Shown here piece by piece: positions 1 to 10,960 of a stretch of DNA of 64,000 nt. Under the pieces are notes generated by a model. That model saw only the letters and a list, made by a program, of their open reading frames with translations, was not told the DNA's origin and ran no database searches. Both the position numbers and the translations under genes were made by a program. The stretch comes from Mobula hypostoma. Its lineage: Eukaryota. Location: NCBI RefSeq assembly GCF_963921235.1, contig NC_086101.1, positions 15,810,001 to 15,874,000 of the forward strand, read 5' to 3'. How positions within the stretch are numbered: position 1 is the stretch's first letter; every line of letters starts with the position of its first letter.

Positions 1-210
1 TTTGGCCACCAGGGAGTCCTGCTTCTTGCGGATGATGAGGAGGTGCTCGACGAAGCAGTCCCCCAATTTACAACATGTCTCACCAATGCAGAGGAGGCCA
101 TATCAGGAGCACCAGACATAATAGATGTCCCCAGCAGATTCGCACGTGAAGTGTTGCATCATCTGGAAGGACTGTTTGGGGCCCTGAATGGAGGTGAGGG
201 AGGAGGTCTA
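1..210 (-). mobile_element. Penelope-like element GIY-YIG fragment
   Basis: Minus-strand translation IQGPKQSFQMMQHFTC...CIGET...LGDCFVEHL resembles the PLE endonuclease at 30350-30770. Confidence 0.7.
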
Positions 211-1893
211 AGGACAGGTGTTGGGTTGGCATGGACTAGATTAGTCGAAGAATAGAATAGAATTGAACTTTATTGTCATTGCTCAAGACAACGAGATTGT
301 GGTGCTACTGTACTCCAGTCCGTGCAAAACAGATATTTACAATGCATGTGGCATGGCTTAGTTAAACAAAAACAATACTTACATGCAACAAATGACTTTG
401 CTAGTCCATAATACTCAAAGGCCATTGTCATTATTAGAAGAACCTGTTTTTGTGTTATAGTGCTCGATGGATCCAATTATTTAAATGAAAACCCAATTAG
501 AGTGAATATAAAGTCCATTGTTGTGCAAATGTTGTTATACTGAGGTGGTGATTAGGGTTGTGTAGTTTGGCTCAAGAACCAAATGTTTCCTGATCAGACA
601 AGGAATAATATCCATGAATTATATAAGGAAAGGGGTCCGGCATCTTTTGTGGAGTTAGTGCGATCTCCCTGGGTCAATAGAGGAGGCAGAGATCACTTTA
701 GGTCAATAACGGTGATCAAGAGAATCGTAGTTACACACAGGACAATGGATAGAATGGAGGGAAGTGAACCATGTACAGGTGGAGGAGATGAGTGTAATTA
801 GACACCATTAGTTTAATTAGTCCAGCATTAACTGTGGGCTGAAATCTTGTTCCTGTGGTCTACTGTTTGACATTCTATGTCCTATGTCCTTTGTTCCGAG
901 AACAGCTTCTTCCCCATTGCTGTCAGAGTTTTGAACGATTCGCCTCTTTCATGTCCCTGTCCCGGTGGTCCTGCTGCTTCCCGAACCTTTAATTCTATCT
1001 AATCACTTCAGAGGTCAAATACATTTATTATTGAAGAACATATACTGTTTCCCCCCTTGAGAATAATTTTCTTGCGAGGATTTACAGGAAATTAGAGAAA
1101 TACAACAGAATTTATGACAAACTATGACGAACAAAGGCTGACAAACAACCAGGGTGCAAAAGAAGGCTTATAATAAACAAAAATAAATAAGTGATATTGA
1201 ATTTGTAAGTTCTTGAAAACGAATCTATTGGTTGTGGAGTCAGTTTAGCGCTGAGGTGAGTGAGATTGTTCACACTGGTTCAGGAGCCTGATAGTTGTAG
1301 GGCAGGGTTTGAAACCTGGGATCCACGGACCCCTTGCCTAATAGTATTAGTCCATGGCATAAAAAAAGATTGGGAACCCGTGTTGTAAGGTAATAACTGT
1401 TCCTGAACTGGCAGCATGGGACTTAAGGCTCTCGTACTTCATGCTTTATGTTAGTAGTGAGAAGACAGCATGGCTTGGATGGTGGGATCCTTGATAATGG
1501 ATGCTCCTTTCTTGTGGCAGTGCTCCTTGTAAATAAGGTGAAGCAGAGACTTCCGCAAAAGAGAAAAAACACAGAGATGAGCACTTGAAGCTTTTCTAAG
1601 CAAAATGAACTAGTTATCCACATCCTCCCTCATCGCGAGCAATCCCCACTTATGATATCCAGTCTCTCTCGCTCTCCACGCTTTTATTCTCTCTACCCAT
1701 ACCCTCCTCACAGCAATCCAATCTAAGCTATGTTTTCAATTTTGCCCAGTTCTGTTGAAAACCCACTATTCCAGAACTTTAACTCTGCTTGATTCTCTGG
1801 AGATCCTGTTTAACCTGCTGAATACCCCAGCATTCTTTGATTTTATTTCGGATTTCTAGCATCTGCGGGCTTTTATTTTGCTTTACGACTTAC

Positions 1894-1934
1894 CATCCAA
1901 GGTCCTTCCTCCAATGGGGGTGGAGGTAAATCAT
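1894..1934 (-). CDS. Gene A cytoplasmic micro-exon c (41 nt), proline-rich
   Basis: attaattttacag|ATGATTTACC...TTGGATG|gtaagt; reads DDLPPPPLEEGPWM. The frame inherited from the TM exon is the only one open across exons a, b and c. The next (terminal) exon was not identified. Confidence 0.65.
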
Positions 1935-2730
1935 CTGTAAAATTAATGATGTGCATATTAATGCAGACACTGGCAGATTTACGACTATCCTCTGCTTTCT
2001 ACAGGCACCCACACTCTCTGCGTAAAGAACTTACTTCTGACATTCCCCCTATACTTTCCTCCAAACACCATAAAATTATGGCCCCTCATATTAGTGAGTT
2101 CAGCCTTGGGAAAGAGTTCACTTGATCTCTGCCTCTTATCAGTTTGTATTTCTCTATCAATCCACCTCTCTCCTCCTTCGCTCTAAAGAGAAAAGCCCTG
2201 GCTGACTTAGCCTATCCTCTCCAATCCACGCAGCATTGTGGTAAATAATGATGCGATGAGAACTTAATAGAAACATCGAAAACCTACAGCACAATACAGG
2301 CCCTTCAACTCACAATGCTGTGCTGAACATGTACTCATGTTAGAAATTACCAAGGGTCACCCATAGCCCTCTATTTTTCTAAGCTCCATGTACCTATCCA
2401 GGAGTCTCTTAAAATACCCTATCATTTCCACCTCCACCATCGTTTCCGGCTGCCCATTCCACGCACTCATCACTCTCTGCATAAAAAACTTACCCCTAAC
2501 ATCTCCACACATCTCAACACAATACACAAAGGGTTTTATAGAGCTGCAGATTGCCAAGGGCGCGAGGCTAAGTGGTGGAAGGCGGGGTTAATTCTGATGA
2601 GTATCCACAGGTCAGCATGGACAAAAAGGGCCGAATGGCCAGGTCCTATGCTGTATTACACTCTAACTAACATCACAGACAAGTCTGCCTAATACACTCA
2701 CACGGATTGGCTTTGAGGGCTTTTACTTAC

Positions 2731-2768
2731 CCGCTGCGGTGCTGTCGTTCAGAGTAGATAGCTCCTGT
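2731..2768 (-). CDS. Gene A cytoplasmic micro-exon b (38 nt)
   Basis: ttttccactttttctcttcag|...|gtaagt, after a 97-nt intron; reads QELSTLNDSTAA. Confidence 0.7.
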
Positions 2769-2865
2769 CTGAAGAGAAAAAGTGGAAAAGGTTTATTCCA
2801 TATGAGTCCCTTTACATTGCAATGGCACACATTCTGTAAAACACGAGTTTGTAGCAAGCACTCAC

Positions 2866-2884
2866 CTTTGAACCTGGAGAGAAT
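2866..2884 (-). CDS. Gene A cytoplasmic micro-exon a (19 nt)
   Basis: ctttcttctctccttcccttcacag|ATTCTCTCCAGGTTCAAAG|gtgagt; reads NSLQVQR in the frame set by the TM exon. Confidence 0.7.
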
Positions 2885-2924
2885 CTGTGAAGGGAAGGAG
2901 AGAAGAAAGATACTGATTAGTCAA

Positions 2925-3560
2925 TAAACACAAGTGATTCTGCAGATGCTGGAAGTCCAGAGAACCACACTCAAAATGCTGGATGAACTCAGCAGGTCAG
3001 GCAGCACTTATGGAAAGCAATAAACAGTCGATGCTTCTGGTCAAGAGCCTTCAACAGGACTGGAAAGGAAGGTGGTAGAAGCCAGAACAAGAAGATAATG
3101 TGAGGGGAAGGGAGTGGAGTACAAACTGCCAAGTGATAGGTGAGACCAGGTGAGGGGGAAGGTGGGCAGGTGATGGAGGGCGCATGAAATAAGAAGCTGG
3201 GGGGAGGGTGATAAGCAGAACAGGTGAAGGGCTGAAGATGAAGGAATCTGACAGGAGAGGACAGAGGATAATTGAAGGGAAGGACAAGGGGCATCTGAGG
3301 AAGGAGATGATTGGGTAAAGAGGAGGAAAGGGGCTGAGAGGGTAACCAGAATGAGGAATGGAAAAAGAGAGAAGGAGAGAAGCGGAGAGAAACCAATGTT
3401 AATGCCACCAGGTTGGAGGCTACCTACATGGAATATGAGGTGTTGCTCCTCCACCCTAAGTTTGGCCTCATTGTGGCGGTAGAGGAAGCCATGGACAGTC
3501 ATGTCAGAATGGGAATAGGAAGTCAAATTGAAATGAGTGGTCACCAGGAGTGTGCTTGTT
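2925..3560 (-). mobile_element. Penelope-like element 3' fragment
   Basis: THFNLTSYSHSDMTVHGFLY...EEQHLIFHVGSLQPGGINI, followed by a pyrimidine-rich tail like that at 30780-31170. Confidence 0.8.
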
Positions 3561-5476
3561 CACAGTTCCACCCAGGAGGGAAAGGTGGCTTCAGAATGCA
3601 CTGGTTTCCCACTTAGCACTCATAACCGAGTCAGTTGTATCATATGGATACTTGCCTCCATTGGGCAGCACAGGGAGTATAAAAGAGGACTGGAGGACTG
3701 TGCACAATTCAGGTACCACGCTGAAGGAAGGATGTGATTGCACTGGAGAGGGTGCAAAGACGATTTACGAGGATGTGACCCACTGCCACTCATTTAGAAA
3801 TAAATTGTTCTTGGTCTTTTCATTCTTGTTTATGTTATTTTTATTTAGGGACACAGGGCAGTAACAGACCCTACCAGCCCAACGAGACTGCTCTGTGCAG
3901 TTACCCCCACGTCACCAATTAACCTGACAACTTGTATGTCTTTAGGATGTGGAGGGAACTGCTGCACCCAGTGGAAACCTACGCGTTCACGGGGAGAACA
4001 CACAAATTCCTTAGAGTCAGTGGAAGGAATTGTGCCACCCCTTTGCTGGCACTGTAACAGTGTTACAGGAACCACAATGTCACCGCGTCACCCCACTATT
4101 CTACCTTCACTGTCCCTGATGAGCATTTCTTTTTGCACTACGATGCATTGCACTGCTCTCCTTGCACCAGGCTGTTGTCTTGTCCTCATGGCTGTATTTG
4201 TTGTTGTATTTAATGTTAAGACGTACACCAGTGAGCTTCAAACAGGGAAGGAATTTCATCGCATCTTGGAGTGTTTGACAATAAATTTATCCAGCCTAGT
4301 CATCAGAGAAAGCTGCAGAATTGGGCACAATTACAATTAGATGCTGACTGACAGGGTCTTGTGCCTCTTGATCGCACTGATGTTCAATACTGGGACCCAC
4401 CAACTCGAGACAGTCCGGTATTCACGGGTGTCCTTCGTGTAAATTTTCACCCACATTACTAACCTTTGTGCACAGAGGAGAGGCCTAAACTCTGAATGTA
4501 CTTCATCGCCATGACAGTATCGCTGGATTTCAAGCACGGAGCAGAGTCCTGGACTCGGAGTGCACCTTCTCAACTATCCACATCACTGGGTGCAGAGTGG
4601 AGTGCTGACCTCTACCTCCTTCATGTCCCTGTCTATGTCCATACACCTTAATCTGACCCCTAACTCCATTCACTGTCCTGAAAACCATTCCTACAAACTT
4701 AAAAGCACAACAAAGTCTGAGCCATGATCTCAAGAGATACCACAGCTCGCACCATTATGACCAAAGATTTATGGGCCATCTCAGTCAGCAGAGATGAGTT
4801 GGGCTGAAGGACCTGTGTCTGTGCTGTTGAGTCACAGCTCTACTACCTCAATTGCCCTGCTCATCTACACATGCTGGTGAACCCCTTGGGCTTTCCAGAT
4901 GTTCCTCACCTTTAAGGATATAAGGCATTGGTCAAAGAACATTGGCAGTGTTGTGTGCAGTTTTGGGCTCCATATCTGAGAAACAATGTGCTGGCATTGG
5001 AGAGGATCCAGAGGAGAATGACAAAACTAATCTGAGAATGAAAGAGTTAATGTATGAGGATTGTTCACCGTACTCGCTGGAGTTTAGAAGGATGGTGGGG
5101 AGGGATCTTACTGACATCTATCAAATACTGAAAGGCCTAAACAAAGTGAATTTGGAGTGGATATTTCCAATATTGAGAGAGTCTTGGACCAGAGGGCACC
5201 GCTCAGAATAGGAGATAAGAAGGAGCATTTTTAGCCAGAAGATTCATTGCCACAGATGAATGTGGAGGCCACATCATTGGGTATATTGAAAACACAAGAT
5301 GATAGGTTGAGTATTGGTTTCTAAGGTTATGGAGGAAGGCAGGAGAATGGTGTTGAGAGGGAAAACAAATCCCTCAATGTGGAATGGTAGAGTAATTCAT
5401 TGGGCCGAATGGCCAAATCCTGCTATGTCTGATGATCCTATACTGGCCATAGAGGTAAATGATTCAGCCTCCTTAC

Positions 5477-5590
5477 TGTCTACGCTGCGTAGTTTTCTAC
5501 GAAACAGGATGCTGATGAGCAGGATGCTCCCTGATATTCCAAACACTGTGGACAGGATCACCAGGAGAATTGTGACAAATTTCATTTTGC
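5477..5590 (-). CDS. Gene A transmembrane exon
   Basis: Acceptor ttttctcccccacag and donor gtaagg; 114 nt, phase 1-1, in frame with the V exon: RKMK-FVTILLVILSTVFGISGSILLISILF-RRKLRSVD (26 uncharged residues, then a basic stop-transfer stretch). Confidence 0.85.
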
Positions 5591-6534
5591 CTGTGGGGGA
5601 GAAAACATCTCAGAACACACGAGCACAAATGGGCCATTTGGCCCTTCGAGACTGGTGAAGCACGCAATGATATGGCAACTGACCTGAAAGTATTTAACCC
5701 CACTGGTGAAATCATTCCTGTCCCTTCCACACCCCCTCCTCACTATTCCAGGGCAGGAACAACAGGGAAGTTGCACTTCCAATAATTATATAGGATGACC
5801 AAAAGTTAATAAAGTCACATCGAACGTTGATCTAACATTTATACGTCCTACACTAATCCCATTTATTTTCCTATTAATTTTACTGATAACCGAACCTCCC
5901 CACCTTTTCTTCAAATCCATCCAACTTTTACTACTTCGCAACACACTGAGGGCAATTTAGAGCAATCAATTAAACCACTGACCCACACATCCTTGGGGTG
6001 TGGGAGAAAACTAGAGCAATCGGAGGTGGGGGTTGGCCACACCATCACAGGGAGAATCCATCGAGAATAGGATAGGATAGGACAGTGCCACACCTAGTCC
6101 CAGAGGGGGAAGATGGTGGTGTGTGACTGACTGCTTCACTTCGACCCAGAGTGGGAGAGAACACCTTGTAACTCACTGCCCCACCCAGTCACAGAGGGAA
6201 GAGGACAGTGTGTGACCCACTGCCGTACTGGGTACCAGTGTGAGGGAGGATCGTGTGTGACCCATTGCCACTCTTCTATAATCTGCACACTGAGCCAATC
6301 ATTGTTGATGGGTTGATAAGTGTATGATCTCCAGCCAGTCACCCCAATGTAATTCTTGTTATCTGCAGTCTCCCATCTACATTCAGCAATGGTCAGCCGG
6401 TCCCGTTGGTGATGACACTGGAAGTGAAGGTAGGAAACCGGACAGGGCTCCATGAGTAGAAAGTTGATGGGGGAGGGTGTGTGTCGGTGGGTGGTAATAA
6501 ACTCAGTGTTGTCTCGGACTGTGGAACCACTCAC

Positions 6535-6864
6535 GTGTGTGACTGACTGTCAGCCATACTCCTTCTCCGATTTCCTCGCCAATCCCGTCTATCCGTACTT
6601 TGCAGTAATACATTCCAGAATCGCTCTCCCTCACATCCACCAGCTTAATGGAAGCTTTGAAGGAATCCTCCTGGTCAGGCCCAAGGACGCGACCTGCAAA
6701 CTCTGCCGTCCCGTTGGAGACTTCGGATGTGTTCCGGTACCAGCTGTAGAACACGGTGTCTCTGGTGTGATTGGCATTATGGCTACAAACTATGAGGACC
6801 GTTTCACCCTCACCTGCAAATATACTGGACTGGCCTTGCGTAACCGTGAAACTCTTGCTTTTTG
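6535..6864 (-). CDS. Gene A V-type Ig exon, NCR3/NKp30-like
   Basis: Acceptor ttttccattgcag and donor gtgagt; 330 nt, phase 1-1, open: AKSKSFTVTQGQSSIFAGEGETVLIVCSH...FYSWYRNTSEVSNGTAEFAGRV...DSGMYYCKVRIDGIGEEIGEGVWLTVSHT. Canonical C, W and DxGxYxC. EVSNGTAEFAGRV parallels the human NKp30 segment EVRNGTPEFRGRL (recalled, not searched). Confidence 0.9.
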
Positions 6865-7102
6865 CTGCAATGGAAAAAGGAGAAAGTCAATGCTTCCCAT
6901 TTGGAAGTTGGCCATTGGAGTGAGAATTAAGGCCCAGTGTTAAAGACTGGACACATTCAACATTTGAGATTGTTTGTTGTCAATCGTCAGTACAAGAGTT
7001 TAAAGGAGGATGAAATCATTGTTTCTCCAGTTCTGATGCAGCATCAGAAGGAGACAATAAGCATAAAAACAAAACAAAAAAATATATAAATATGCACTCA
7101 TC

Positions 7103-7145
7103 CTATAAAACACAATGTACAAGAAACTGTAAAGTGACGGTGCAT
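7103..7145 (-). CDS. Candidate leader exon of gene A, non-canonical donor
   Basis: ATG...ATA G = MHRHFTVSCTLCFI plus 1 nt; 43 nt, the same length and phase as the leaders of genes B and C. Followed by gatgagt instead of gtgagt. Confidence 0.35.
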
Positions 7146-7239
7146 GGGAAGGGTGCTGAGGGCTGTGGAGAGGAGTGGCTGATGTGGATGTAGTGGTGGT
7201 GAGGTGGGTTAATGGTGGAGGTGTTGGTCAACCTGATAA

Positions 7240-7790
7240 CATTGGGTGAAGTATGTGCTTTTGAGTCTGGTGCGTGATGGTGGATATGCCAATACCGAGG
7301 ACGTGTTCTGCATTTTGAAGGGCTCATATGACAAGCTCTTCATTGGCTTGTCATATGAAAAGTGTTTGATGGCTCTGGGTCTGTATTCACTGGAATTCAG
7401 AAGAACAAGGGGTGACCTCATTGAAACCTATCGAATAGTGAAAGGTCTTGATAGAGTGGATGTGGGGAGGATGTTTCCTATGGAGGAAGAGTCTAAGACC
7501 GGAGGACACAGCCTCAGAATAGAGGGGCGTCCTTTTTGAATGGAGATGAGGAGCAGTTTCTTGAGCCATTGAGTGGTTAATCTCTGGAATTTGTTGCCAC
7601 AGACAGCTGTGGAGGCCAAGTGTTCATGTATATTTGAGACAGAGGTTCTTGATTGGTCAGGACATGAAGAGACACAGAGAGAAGGCAGGGTATTGAGGCT
7701 GAGAGGAAAATGGATCAGACATGATGAAATAACGGAACAGACTCTTCCAAATGAGGCCAAATGGACTAATTCTGCACCTATGTCTTATGG
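7240..7790 (+). mobile_element. CR1 LINE 3' fragment
   Basis: ALGLYSLEFRRTRGDLIETYRIVKGLDRVD, typical of the CR1 ORF2 C-terminus. Confidence 0.75.
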
Positions 7791-7794
7791 TCTT

Positions 7795-8640
7795 ATTTTA
7801 ACGACCTGATGTAAAGTCGTCCTATCCATCACTGTGTTAAGATGCTTTCTACTGTGCATCCAAAGATGTTCCATAATCTGGGCTTCTGAATTTACCTCTG
7901 TAACTCCATCCTTGACATCCTCACTGGGAGACCAGGGTCTGTGTGGGTTTGAAATAATATCGCCGCCTCTCTGACAATCAACACTGGTGTACCTCAAGGA
8001 TGCATGCTTGGCCCACTGCTCTACTATCTCTACACTGACAAGTGTGTGGCTAGGCACAGCTCAAATACAATCGATAAATTTGCTGTCTTCACAATTATTC
8101 TTGGCAAAATTTTAGATGGTGATGAGGAGGTGGACAGGAGTGAGAAAGACCAGCTGGTTAGTGGTGTTACAACAACAAACTTGAATTTAATATCAATAAG
8201 ACCAATAAATTGATTGTGTACTTCATGAAGGGGAAGTCAAGGGAACACACCCCAGTCCTCATCAGAAGTGGAAAGGGTGAGCGGTTTCAAGTTCGTGGGT
8301 GTCACCATCCCTGTGGATCTATCCTGGCCCCAGGATATTGATCCAATGACACAGAAGGTACAACATATTCAATATTGTATTCGGACTCTTTGGAGATTTG
8401 GTACGTCATCAAAGATACTTGCAGATTTGTAGATTTCTACAGATGTGCTAACTGTTTGCATTACTGCCTGACATTGAGCGGCCTCTGCACAGGACTGGAA
8501 AAAGTTGCATAAAGTTTTATTTATATTGCAATTTACAGATTTTATTATTACGTATTGCTGCAGCTGTAAAACAACACATTTCATGACATATGCCAGTGAT
8601 ATTAAACCTGATTCCATTCTCATTCTCATCCTAACATGCT
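7795..8640 (+). mobile_element. Rex1/Babar LINE fragment
   Basis: LGPLLYYLYTDKCVARHSSNTIDKFA; ends aaacctgattccattctcattctc. Confidence 0.65.
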
Positions 8641-9689
8641 TCATCATTGTGTGCTATGGAAGTTTGTGAGTATTGATGTCCAGCTCTCTTCAGAATTCTC
8701 AGAAAATTGAGATTTCAGTGAGAGACCATCAGTCTCTCTCTGAGATGCATGGAATATCTTCCCCTGTCAGGGAGCATTGTCCTAGGGGCGTGGGGTCCAG
8801 TCTCAACAAAGCAGCTGGCTATTTGGATAGATGGCTCCATGGGCTGGAGAGCCTTAGGATGGTTATAGAGGCTGAGTTGCAGAGTATATTCAAGCAGAGA
8901 TTGACAGATTCTGCCTTCCACCACTGTGATTTTGGAACCAGAGTTTTCCCATACTAATGAAGAACACACCAGATGCTGGAGGAACTCAGAGGGCCGGGCA
9001 GCAGCTGTGGGGGGAGAAATTTCCAGTCGTCTGGACTGAAAGACTGAAGAGATGTGGCCAGAAACAAAAAGATAATGGGGAAGGGGTAGAGCAAGTGCAG
9101 GTGGATCCAGGTGAGGAGGAGGTGATAGGCAGCAGGGGGAAGGAAGGTGGAGGTAGCCATGGAGGCTGGGAGGTGGTAGGTAGCTGTGACAAAGTACTGC
9201 AGATGTTGGAGTTTTAGAACTCAGGTCTCAGCATTTCATTATTGTGCAGTTTGTTGTCTTTTGTTTGTAGGGATAACGGAGTAGATCAGGAGGAGGGGAA
9301 AAGGGTCAGAGGTGGAGCAGTTTGCAGGAAGTTGAAGAATTCAAAGTTCACACTGTCCGCTTGTGGACAACCCAGGGGGAAGTGGAAAATGACGTTCCTC
9401 TAGCTTGCGTTTGAGCTGACCCTGACTGAGGAGACTGAGGATAGATGTGTTGGTATGGAAATGTGGAGTGGAAATGAAATGGGTAGCAAATGACAATGGG
9501 GACATCATCCATACAAGCTTGAGTGAGCTTTTGTCAGTCACCATGGAAGCAACAAGTTGCCCAAATATCCTGCCAGCATCCTTCAAGGAGACAAATGGAT
9601 GATCTCAAACTGGGAATTTATCGCTCAATACTTCCAGGCCCCTCTGAAAGTTGCTGCCCAGTTCAAGGTCCAAGGAGGGGGATATAATT

Positions 9690-10500
9690 TCCCCACGTGG
9701 TGGGTAATCTGGCAGACTTCAGAAAGGGTAAGATGAGAGAACACGAACCAATCTGTACAGAGGGATCGGAAGTGGACAGAGTGAGCAATGTCAAGTTCCT
9801 GGCTGTCAATATCTCTGAGGATCTAACCTGGCCGCAACATATTGATGCAGTGATAAAGGAGGCAAGGCAGCAGCTGTATTTTATTAGGAATTTAGGGAGA
9901 TTTGTTTTGTTACCTAAAACACTTGAAAATTTCTACTGATGTACCATGGGGAACATCTTGACAGGCTGCGTCACTGTCTGGTATGGGTAGGGGGTGGGGA
10001 GGTGTGCTACTGCACAGCATTGAAAGAAGCTACAGATATTTGTAAAACTAGTCACCTCCATCTTGGGTACCAGCCTCCGCAGTATCTAAGACATCTTCAA
10101 GCAGTGGTGCCTCCGAAAGGTGGCGTCCATCATTAAGGACCCCCATCACCCAAGACATGCCCTCTTCTCATTGTTACCATCGGGAAGGAAGCACAGAAGC
10201 CTGAAGGCTCACACACTCAGCGGTTCAGGAACAGCTTCTTCCCTCTGCCATCTAATTTCTCAATGGATTTTGAACCCATGAACACTACCTTATATTTTTA
10301 AAAATTATTTCTGTTTTTGCACGATTTTTAAATTAAGTATTTAATATACATTTATACTTACTGTAATTGATCTGCTTATTTATTACGTTTTCTACATGAT
10401 CAGGTATGGCATTGCATGCCGCTTAAGTTAACAAATTTCACAACATTTGCCGGTGATATTAAACCCGATTCTGATACTGATTCCGTTTCTGGTTCTGATC
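9690..10500 (+). mobile_element. Rex1/Babar LINE 3' fragment (3' part duplicated at 39655-40110)
   Basis: VSNVKFLAVNISEDLTW...KEARQQLYFIR; (ATTCTG)-type tail. Confidence 0.7.
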
Positions 10501-10960
10501 CTGCCATCAGTCAGAGTTGGCATTGGGGGTAGAAACTTTAGAAGAATGAGGTGGTAAAACGTGAGCAGAAATATTTTAACAAAGACTGTGATTGGGCTAT
10601 GGACTGGACAGTTCAGTAGCCTCTATTTAAAAAAAAATTAGACAGTACTGTACAGGAACGGGCCCTTCGGTAAACAATGTTGTGCCAAACTAATTGGTGA
10701 ACAGATGTCCAATTAAACTAACCCTTCTCAACATAATGTCCGTATCCCTCATTTCCTGCACATCCATGTGCCTGTTTAAGAGCCTGTTGAATGCCTGATT
10801 GCATCTGTCTGTGAAAAACACTTGCCCACACTTCTCCTTTGAACATATCCGCTCTCACTTAAAGTTCATGCCCTCTGGAATCGGACATTTTCCCCCTGTG
10901 ACAATGATATCAATTGTCTGCTCTGCTCTGTCTCTAATAAGCTATAAACCTCTATCAGCT

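Noticed and set aside
1423-1623. Hydrophobic ORF VLISVFFLFCGSLCFTLF as a TM or last exon of gene A
   Set aside because: Phase does not match exon c, gene A already has a TM exon, and most of the ORF is Rex1 sequence.
3656-3720. Possible 65-nt GC-AG exon between the TM exon and exon a
   Set aside because: Its inclusion shifts the frame and creates a stop in exon b, upstream of further introns.
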